A DNA stretch of 22,383 bases from Deinococcales bacterium (GTDB lineage Bacteria > Deinococcota > Deinococci > Deinococcales > JAAFIG01): NCBI GenBank assembly GCA_031414595.1, contig JANNVX010000009.1, positions 1 through 22,383 on the forward strand, given 5' to 3'. Below the pieces are notes generated by a model. It worked only from the letters and a program-made list of their open reading frames with translations. It searched no databases and was not told the origin of the DNA. Each line of letters starts with the position of its first letter. Within the stretch, counting starts at the first letter, position 1. The position numbers were made by a program, and so were the translations under genes. Shown piece after piece: positions 1 to 7,258 of the stretch.

Positions 1-412
1 GTGGGACAATAAAATGTGCGCCTTGGGCATTTTGGTCGGTTGCATAATGAATTCCGCCGTTTCGTCCGATTCGGGTGCTGGTGTGGTTGTGTGGTTGTAA
101 AAGTACGGGTTTGACTTGAATTGTTTTGGCAGTTTCATCGAGTATTTCTAGGGTGCGGTAGTTATCGGTGTAGCCATCGGCTTTGATGGTCAGGTGATTC
201 TTTCCTGTGGGTATGCCTCGCATCAGGTAATAGCCATTTTGGTCTGTCACTGTCTCGAGTCCAAGAATGCTGACCTTGGCATTTTCTATGGCTTGGTTGG
301 TGGTGTTATCAAAGACATAGCCTTCAATGAATACAAAAGCATTGGCTTGTGGGTCTATTGCTCGAGGGGCTTCTCCTGCTCGTACCAAGAGTGCGGGGTA
401 TAGCGTGGCGCG
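1..412. repeat. Direct repeat copy 1 (partner 3297-3708)
   Basis: Offset 3296 with no gaps. 84-412 differs at only 3 positions (205, 314, 350). 28-83 is clearly more diverged. Confidence 0.97.
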
Positions 413-487
413 AGGGATGGCAAAAGACTGACCGCAGGCAGTCAGGAAGAAGAACAAGAGAAGGCTCGAGAGATAGGAAATTTGCAT
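2..487 (-). CDS. Lipoprotein, paralog of the 1311-aa toxin-like protein (5' part only; runs off the left edge)
   Basis: Not in the ORF track. Hand translation from ATG 487 gives MQISYLSSLLLFFFLTAC|GQSFAIP (lipobox LTAC), then RATLYPALLVRAGEAPRAIDPQ...GAHFIVP, which matches aa 372 onward of 886..4821. The frame is open to the window edge. Confidence 0.8.
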   Translation of the reverse strand, partial: MQISYLSSLLLFFFLTACGQSFAIPRATLYPALLVRAGEAPRAIDPQANAFVFIEGYVFDNTTNQAIENAKVSILGLETVTDQNGYYLMRGIPTGKNHLTIKADGYTDNYRTLEILDETAKTIQVKPVLLQPHNHTSTRIGRNGGIHYATDQNAQGAHFIVP

Positions 488-510
488 GGTAAGGCGCAAT
501 CTTGACTGTA

Positions 511-882
511 TTATTCGTCATTAACGGCTATAGCATCAGTTATCGCTTGATTTTGATATGGAATGCCTATAGTGATAGATTCATCTGTTCCTTGTTGAAA
601 ATGATACTCAGCTTCTGGACTATAGGTTACACATAAAATATCATTCCAAAATATGTGAATTCGACCACAAACTGGACATACAAAGATTAATCGTCCTTGA
701 TGTTGAATCTTTGTAGATTCCCCAATAATTTCATGGATAGCTGTTCGCGGATTTTCTGTGTATAAACCTTTCCTTAAAAGATGTAGGTGATTTGAGTGAC
801 TATATGAAACCAAACAATTCTCGATTGGTACAGATGAGTCTGTAAACGATTTTTGACCGCACTTACACTTAAACTTTGACAT
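511..882 (-). CDS. Small Cys-rich protein, putative immunity protein
   Basis: 123 aa with N-terminal CKCG and C-terminal CPVCGR (possible Zn site). Starts 3 nt after the stop of the toxin-like gene and is AT-rich like the toxin tip. The immunity role is inferred from position. Confidence 0.7.
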   Translation of the reverse strand: MSKFKCKCGQKSFTDSSVPIENCLVSYSHSNHLHLLRKGLYTENPRTAIHEIIGESTKIQHQGRLIFVCPVCGRIHIFWNDILCVTYSPEAEYHFQQGTDESITIGIPYQNQAITDAIAVNDE

Positions 883-885
883 GGC

Positions 886-3800
886 TCACCTATTTATGAA
901 AGTTACCCTTTCAGGATTTGGAGCTTTAGGTAATGGTTTAGGAAGAAATACGACTGTTGGCGCAGTTCCACCATTGGAAGCATTCACTAGCTGTTGAAAT
1001 GTTGGAAATCCCAAAGACTGCGCGTGGGCTTCAAGTGCTGCTGCCGTCAACGTGGTTTCATCAAGTACGACATAAACAACATTAGCTTGACTACTTTTAC
1101 GCACAATTCCACTGACTACATTATTGGGGTTAGTTGTTGTAATGCCAATAATATCAGCAGGAATACTGTTATCAAGAACCATATCAGAAACTCTTGTTGG
1201 ACTTGTTCCTCGCACTGGTGATGCAGCCGAGGATACACCATCTACACGCAATTCTATATTTCGCCCCTGTGTTCGAGCAATGTAATAAGCAGTATTCCAT
1301 TCGTACTCATAGAACTCGACACCTAGGACTCTTAAAGTGCCTCCGTTACTAAAACGAATTGTGAATCCACTACCCGGAACTCCAGTAATTGGGACTCTTG
1401 GTGAAGAGTTTGATTCTACTATTGGTTTTGCTGCCGATGCCGCAGGCTTACCTGCCCCTGAGCGCCCAATCGGGCGGGCTAACCACGGAAATTTTCTAAT
1501 GAGCAAGTCAACAGCCTCAATTCCTAGCGCCGCTACGAGGTAAGTTGCACCAATTTGTAAAGTTGAATAATTAGGGTAAACCGTATTGTAGACATACCGT
1601 GCATATTTGTCTAAACAATAATCCAAGTAAACTAAATCACCTTTACGTGCCAAGCTACCTAAGAAAGCTATATTACCGTTATTTATTGCTGTTTCTGCTT
1701 GGTAGAAAGTAAGGATAAACATTAGGTTTGCCAAAGCGTCTGCTTGTTGACAAGCTGGTGTTGTTTTATAAATACTCCGAATAGCGGTGATTTCCTGTTT
1801 GATAAAATTGGGTATCCCAAATCTAATGATTAACTTATCGATTTCGGGATTCATCTGTTGAATAGCTTTCTCGCACTCTTTAATGGGGTTTGGTTTTTGT
1901 GCTTGAAAACAAACTAAACCAGTTAAACTTTGTACTCGAATTCCACTTGAGGCATTTGAAACTGCGCTTTGGATTTTAGAAAAAGATATGCGATCACTCA
2001 AAATCTCGTCATGTTGTGCTGAAAGTGCAATACGAATAGGAAGTTGAGCGATACCATTCTCAATTGCTGCACTACCATTCACAATGACATCAGAAGCCCA
2101 ACCAGTTGAATCAAAGGAGTACCTTGTGATTGTCGTGACGTTTAGGAGTTGTCCCTTTTCATCAATTGCCTGTACGGGAATCAAAGCATCAATTTCACTT
2201 AATGCTTGTCCTTCTCGAGCAACAATATAAATACCAAGAGAATCTTGCTCTACAAAAGGTGTTTGAATGGTAGGGTCTAGTGCGTCGTCAGCAAATCTTA
2301 GATGTACAGTTGGCACTTGAAAGCCAGCCACCACATCCGCCATTGTCCTTGCCTCGAGCAACACAGGTGGTTCACTTGCTGTCCCTCGAGACTTAGCGCG
2401 AATCACAAACTCACTATTGGCTTTAGCGGGTAAATTGGTCAGTAACTTATAATCAATTCGCACACTCGAGGCATTTTGTTTAATATCAATGCGTTTGGTG
2501 ACATCTTCAGAGTTCACCAAGACTTTTAGGCTGCTTGGGTCTATGTTGGCACTCGAGAAATCCAGCAATTGGGTGGAAAGGGCGGTGGTTGTACTCGAGA
2601 TGAGAAGTTGTTTCTCGAGGTTAGTGCTTTGTGGTTTTAGGGTCGCTCCTTTGTCTACTGGGAAGGGTCTTGGGTCTGGGTTACAAGCATCATCTTGTTG
2701 TGGTTGTAATGGATTTAATGTTCCTGTTTTGGGTTTAGGCAAAATAATACACGTGGCTGGAATTTCAGGTTTAGGTACAGGCGAACCAAAGGCACTTTTT
2801 GGATTTAAGGTATAAAAACTTGGGGTCAGCGAATTCGCCCAAAAATCAATCATACCAAAGTCATCGGTGTAGCCACGGTTGGTGGGGACGATTGCTGCGG
2901 CTGTACCATCGTCGTAACGAACACAGGCAGTATAGAGAATACCGCTTGTACCACCGCCACCTTTTTTCTCTGGATACCATCCTGAACCATGACTAAAATG
3001 CAGCATTTCGATTTGTAAGAATTTCTTGCCTTGTAGACTAATAATTTTACCTTGTTGTGCTTCTTCAATCCATTCACCTGTGCTGTGGTCGTAAGTTCCT
3101 ACTTTTACGCTTGTACCTACAGGTAGGTTGTTGGTGCTAGGCAGTGGGGTGTTGTACAAAGCTGGTTTCTTAAACACCAGACCACTTGGTTCAAAATGGG
3201 CGGCACTTAAGTAGGTTTGGTCTTCGGTAAATTCTGGGGCGGTTTCTTCGGGTAATTCGGTCAGGCTGATGTAGGTGTCCTGCTCGAGTGCGTCTGGTGG
3301 GACAATAAAATGTGCGCCTTGGGAATTGTTGGGTGTGGCGTAATGAGTGCCGCCGTTGCGTCCAATTAGGGTGGCGTTATGGTTGTGTGGTTGTAAAAGT
3401 ACGGGTTTGACTTGAATTGTTTTGGCAGTTTCATCGAGTATTTCTAGGGTGCGGTAGTTATCGGTGTAGCCATCGGCTTTGATGGTCAGGTGATTCTTTC
3501 TTGTGGGTATGCCTCGCATCAGGTAATAGCCATTTTGGTCTGTCACTGTCTCGAGTCCAAGAATGCTGACCTTGGCATTTTCTATGGCTTGGTTGGTGGT
3601 GTTATCAAAAACATAGCCTTCAATGAATACAAAAGCATTGGCTTGGGGGTCTATTGCTCGAGGGGCTTCTCCTGCTCGTACCAAGAGTGCGGGGTATAGC
3701 GTGGCGCGGCTGCCGTTGGCTTGTCGGGCGATCATTCCGTAGTTGCTTGGCTCGAGTCTGGCTGGAATGGTCAGTATGGCACTGTTATTGGTTTGGCTTA

Positions 3801-4821
3801 GCACACGTAAGCGTCTGGCTTCGATGAAAAATTCGGTTTGGTGGTCAAAGTCTGTTCCGTAGACAGTCACTTGTTGTTCTTGGTCGTTATTTATGACGCT
3901 GGGACTGACTTTGTTTATGCTGAAGGTACTCTCGAGTAAGTAAGTGGGGGCTGTGCCTATCAGCAGGTTGTTGGTTCTTAAGCTATTTGGGGTGGTGCTG
4001 GTGTCGGCATCTCCGCCAATCAGCATCAGTTCACTTGCTCCGATTTGGTTGGCGCGTTGTTGGGCTTGGGTGGTGCTTTCGTCTGGGCTGCGGGTGACTC
4101 GAGTAATGTTGTCATCTGCCAGTACAAAAGTCATCACGAATTTGTAGGGGTTTAGGGTTTTGGTGGTACTTGGGTATTTGACTGCAATGGTTAGTAGTCC
4201 TGTGCTGCGTTTGGCAATTTGGCGTTGTCCGTTTAGATTTTGGGCAATATAGCCGTATTCAAGAATTTGGTCGGTCTGCCCGATGATATTGTTGTTCTTG
4301 GCGTTCTGCTCGAGATTCTGGGTTTCTTGGCTGGTGTACCCTTGGAATTGGGCGGCTTCGGGATTAACGTTTATGGCAAGTCCTTGGCGTTTCATTTCGT
4401 GGGTGGGTTTGATACTTTGGGCTATTGCAGGGTCGGTGATCAATTCACCACCAAAATTAACCATTGCTTTGATGGCTGTTCCGCCTAAACCATTGTTGGT
4501 TTGGGTGTAGGCTTGGAAACTAAGATTATTAAAATCTTGGTCTGTGGTATTGTTAATTTGGAATGTGGCGCTGAGGTAACGGGTTTTGCTGGTTTCATCC
4601 TCAAAACTCGAGACAAATTTTCGTTCAAAAGTAATGGCATTGTCCGAAAGTGCATTTTGGGTGCGTATTTTATTGGGTAAGAGTCGGGCTGTGGCAATAC
4701 CATTTAAGGAAACTTGGGCTTCGACCAGTCCCAAAATTTTTTGTACTCGAGTAATCGGCTGGGGTTGCCAGCAAGCTGCTAGTAATATAGTCAACGTCAT
4801 GATTTTAAGTAGATTCAACAT
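886..4821 (-). CDS. Large multidomain lipoprotein, putative polymorphic toxin (Ig-like, carboxypeptidase-regulatory-like, ZU5-like, C-terminal nuclease-like)
   Basis: 1311 aa. Lipobox LAAC (C17). IPT/TIG-like segment (SINKVSPS..VTVYGTDF). CarboxypepD_reg-like segment (IEGYVFD..IENAKV..TDQNGYY..ADGY). ZU5-like segment (IVPPDAL..FEPSGLVFKKP..HFS). C-terminus resembles CdiA-CT tRNase PD-(D/E)xK domains. Confidence 0.85.
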   Translation of the reverse strand: MLNLLKIMTLTILLAACWQPQPITRVQKILGLVEAQVSLNGIATARLLPNKIRTQNALSDNAITFERKFVSSFEDETSKTRYLSATFQINNTTDQDFNNLSFQAYTQTNNGLGGTAIKAMVNFGGELITDPAIAQSIKPTHEMKRQGLAINVNPEAAQFQGYTSQETQNLEQNAKNNNIIGQTDQILEYGYIAQNLNGQRQIAKRSTGLLTIAVKYPSTTKTLNPYKFVMTFVLADDNITRVTRSPDESTTQAQQRANQIGASELMLIGGDADTSTTPNSLRTNNLLIGTAPTYLLESTFSINKVSPSVINNDQEQQVTVYGTDFDHQTEFFIEARRLRVLSQTNNSAILTIPARLEPSNYGMIARQANGSRATLYPALLVRAGEAPRAIDPQANAFVFIEGYVFDNTTNQAIENAKVSILGLETVTDQNGYYLMRGIPTRKNHLTIKADGYTDNYRTLEILDETAKTIQVKPVLLQPHNHNATLIGRNGGTHYATPNNSQGAHFIVPPDALEQDTYISLTELPEETAPEFTEDQTYLSAAHFEPSGLVFKKPALYNTPLPSTNNLPVGTSVKVGTYDHSTGEWIEEAQQGKIISLQGKKFLQIEMLHFSHGSGWYPEKKGGGGTSGILYTACVRYDDGTAAAIVPTNRGYTDDFGMIDFWANSLTPSFYTLNPKSAFGSPVPKPEIPATCIILPKPKTGTLNPLQPQQDDACNPDPRPFPVDKGATLKPQSTNLEKQLLISSTTTALSTQLLDFSSANIDPSSLKVLVNSEDVTKRIDIKQNASSVRIDYKLLTNLPAKANSEFVIRAKSRGTASEPPVLLEARTMADVVAGFQVPTVHLRFADDALDPTIQTPFVEQDSLGIYIVAREGQALSEIDALIPVQAIDEKGQLLNVTTITRYSFDSTGWASDVIVNGSAAIENGIAQLPIRIALSAQHDEILSDRISFSKIQSAVSNASSGIRVQSLTGLVCFQAQKPNPIKECEKAIQQMNPEIDKLIIRFGIPNFIKQEITAIRSIYKTTPACQQADALANLMFILTFYQAETAINNGNIAFLGSLARKGDLVYLDYCLDKYARYVYNTVYPNYSTLQIGATYLVAALGIEAVDLLIRKFPWLARPIGRSGAGKPAASAAKPIVESNSSPRVPITGVPGSGFTIRFSNGGTLRVLGVEFYEYEWNTAYYIARTQGRNIELRVDGVSSAASPVRGTSPTRVSDMVLDNSIPADIIGITTTNPNNVVSGIVRKSSQANVVYVVLDETTLTAAALEAHAQSLGFPTFQQLVNASNGGTAPTVVFLPKPLPKAPNPERVTFINR
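3297..3708. repeat. Direct repeat copy 2 (inside the 1311-aa gene)
   Basis: Aligns base for base with 1-412. Homology stops abruptly at 3708/412. Confidence 0.97.
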
Positions 4822-7082
4822 TATTTCACTCCAAAAACGCGTAGCTTGCCGTTTTTTACACCGATAATCATTTTTTTACGAGTTGGGTCTAAACCTATAG
4901 TAAATATGTCATGGTCGTATCCATCTCGGTCATCATCTTGTAGCTCGATACCATTAATGCTGACATCATAATTACTGTTAGCCCGTAGGCTGCGCTCAAA
5001 GTGAATGTGGGTATTTTTGCCAAATTGGTTATTTTGCTGTTCTAAGCTGTAAATACGCAGGGTTTTATCTGTTCCACCTGCAATCAGGGCTTGGTCACTT
5101 AGCCAATCCAGACTGCGAATTGCCCCAAGTGCGCCTGAAAGTTGATGCAGCAGGTTGCCTGTGCTGGCTTCCCAGATGTAAATAATTTTATCCCAGCCGG
5201 CTGCCGCTACTTTTGTCCCGTCTGGACTCCATGCGACTGTCAGAAGTGGGGCTGCTGCTGCTAAGGTACGTTGTTCTGTACCGTCAGAATTCCAGATTTT
5301 TACGGTGGTGTCGCTGGACGCACTGGCAAAGTGGCTGCCAGTTGTATTCCACGCAACAGCGTGGACATCGGCGGTATGGCTGGTCAAGGTTTTAATTAGT
5401 ATTTTGTTGTCCGTGTCCCATAATCGAATGCTTCGATCCCATGAACCACTGACCAAGAGTGATTGTGTTGGATGCCAAGCTAAACTTCGGACGGTGCTGG
5501 TGTGTCCTTGGAGGAGTCCTTCGGAGCGTCTGGTTGTGACATTCCAGATTTCTATATCGCCTGCTTGATTGCCACTGGCAAAGAACTGGCTATTTGTATT
5601 CCAGTCTAAACTGTATACGCTGCTGTTGCCAAACCCCCAATTTTGGATCAGTCGCAGATTTGGTGCATCAAATAATTTAAGTTGTCCGTCACGTCCGCCA
5701 ATCACAAAAAGGTCGCCATTTGGACTCCATTGACTTGCATAGGTGTTGGCATAGTGCGTAAAGCGACCTTCAAAAATACTTAATTTCTCAGGCAGTTCGA
5801 TTTGGCTGCCAGTGGCTGTATTTTCTGGAATTTCAAAATTAAAGTCAAATACATTAAGGGCGACTCGAGTTGCTGGTTCATCAGCTTTAATGAAAGCAGG
5901 TACAGCAAACGCGATTTGCTGTGTATTGTGCCAGTCAAAGCAACTTGGGGTTCTAACATAAATCAGTTCATCTGGGGTTGGAAAAGCATCATAACTTCTT
6001 TCAAATTGTGTTGCAGCACTTGTTTTCAGGCTGTACTGATTAAAGCTGCTGTAACTTTCCCAATGGTCAGTAATTTTCTCGAGCAGAAAAGCTGTGGGTA
6101 TCTGACCGCCGAAATTGGTTTCTCGAGTTCCAAGGTAGACCAAACGATTTTTATTGGGGTTTATTTTGATACAAGGCGCAGGCTTACCTGCCGAAAAGGT
6201 ACTGAGTGGAATCTCGGCGGTGATCACTTTTTGAGTGGTATCTAAAATCCTGTATCGGTCTATATAATTATTTTGGTATCGAAACAAAAAACTAAAATTT
6301 GTATTGTCCAACCACTCGAGAGAGGTTATGGATTCAGATTCTAGTGCAACTTCGTAAACGGGTTCGGTTTGCTGTGTAGATAGGTCATAGAGCAAAATCG
6401 CATTTGGCGTATTGCTATTTTGTCGAGTTGTTGTGATTGCAATTTTGTTTGAATTTGGTGAAAAGTGAGCCGCATAAACAGGATTTTGAAAGTTCAGATT
6501 TGAGACAGTATTTGTGGTTAAGTCAATCAATTGATTTTGAAGATAGCGAAATATAATCTTTGTTCCGTCGGGCGACATATCGCTGGCATAAGGCAGTAAA
6601 ACTCGAGTGAACAGGTTGTTTTGTATGGAAATCGGTTTCCAAGTGAGGGTGTCGTAGACTATAAAAAAGGGAGTAATTTGATTGTTGTTATCGTATTGTT
6701 TTAACACAAACAGCTTTGTTCCGTCCAAAGACCATTTGGCTTTTAAGCACGATTCACCGATATACGAACTGATTACGTTTTTTGCCTGAAAAATAACTTT
6801 GGCTTGCTCGAGACCGTAAATGAGCAAACTGCTGCCACAAACCGCTATGGTTGCTCCATCTGGACTCCACGCCATGATATTTGCAGTTGCTATTTCTGGT
6901 GGACTCAATTTTGCAACTTCAAATCGACCCAGCGAAATAAGCTGTAGTGAACTAGGTAAACTCGCCGTCAGAATACCGTTGATGTTCGTACTGATTTGGT
7001 TCGGTAATAATTGTAGACATCCAATCAAACCAACGCTAAGCACAACAAGAAGATACCTCCAATTTGTGTTTATATTTTGCAT
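4821..7082 (-). CDS. WD40-repeat beta-propeller lipoprotein
   Basis: Canonical WD40 repeats (GHTSTVRSLAWHP..SGSWDRSIRLWD; SHTADVHAVAWN..SASSDTTVKIWN) plus a degenerate N-terminal propeller. Likely start is ATG 7082 (GGGAG upstream), giving MQNINTNWRYLLVVLSVGLIGC with lipobox LIGC. The stop overlaps the next start (TAATG). Confidence 0.9.
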   Translation of the reverse strand: MQNINTNWRYLLVVLSVGLIGCLQLLPNQISTNINGILTASLPSSLQLISLGRFEVAKLSPPEIATANIMAWSPDGATIAVCGSSLLIYGLEQAKVIFQAKNVISSYIGESCLKAKWSLDGTKLFVLKQYDNNNQITPFFIVYDTLTWKPISIQNNLFTRVLLPYASDMSPDGTKIIFRYLQNQLIDLTTNTVSNLNFQNPVYAAHFSPNSNKIAITTTRQNSNTPNAILLYDLSTQQTEPVYEVALESESITSLEWLDNTNFSFLFRYQNNYIDRYRILDTTQKVITAEIPLSTFSAGKPAPCIKINPNKNRLVYLGTRETNFGGQIPTAFLLEKITDHWESYSSFNQYSLKTSAATQFERSYDAFPTPDELIYVRTPSCFDWHNTQQIAFAVPAFIKADEPATRVALNVFDFNFEIPENTATGSQIELPEKLSIFEGRFTHYANTYASQWSPNGDLFVIGGRDGQLKLFDAPNLRLIQNWGFGNSSVYSLDWNTNSQFFASGNQAGDIEIWNVTTRRSEGLLQGHTSTVRSLAWHPTQSLLVSGSWDRSIRLWDTDNKILIKTLTSHTADVHAVAWNTTGSHFASASSDTTVKIWNSDGTEQRTLAAAAPLLTVAWSPDGTKVAAAGWDKIIYIWEASTGNLLHQLSGALGAIRSLDWLSDQALIAGGTDKTLRIYSLEQQNNQFGKNTHIHFERSLRANSNYDVSINGIELQDDDRDGYDHDIFTIGLDPTRKKMIIGVKNGKLRVFGVK

Positions 7083-7258
7083 AAGACTCCCAAAACTCGA
7101 CCTTGGCGAATATCCGAGTAGTTTAGCAACCTCTAAACACAAATACAATTGAATCTGAACTCGATAGGCAGCTTACTCTTACTTCTGTGTTTGAAATAGA
7201 CTTCTACTATCGTCACAGGAGCAAAAGATTGATGTGTCTTTTTAGTTGCCTTTATCCT

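Noticed and set aside
194-403. Near-identical 69-aa plus-strand ORFs at 194..403 and 3490..3699
   Set aside because: They are antisense shadows of the duplicated minus-strand coding region.
324-521. 65-aa minus-strand ORF overlapping the immunity gene stop
   Set aside because: A different frame (ATG 487) has a lipobox and matches the toxin stalk, so it is the better gene call.
994-6245. Numerous 60-150 aa plus-strand ORFs opposite the toxin and WD40 genes (similar ones lie opposite int and the helicase)
   Set aside because: They are fully antisense to well-supported long genes and have no motifs or RBS.
7083-7148. ORF-track N-terminal extension of the WD40 gene
   Set aside because: It uses a TTG start without an RBS. 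ATG 7082 has GGGAG upstream and gives a proper lipoprotein signal.
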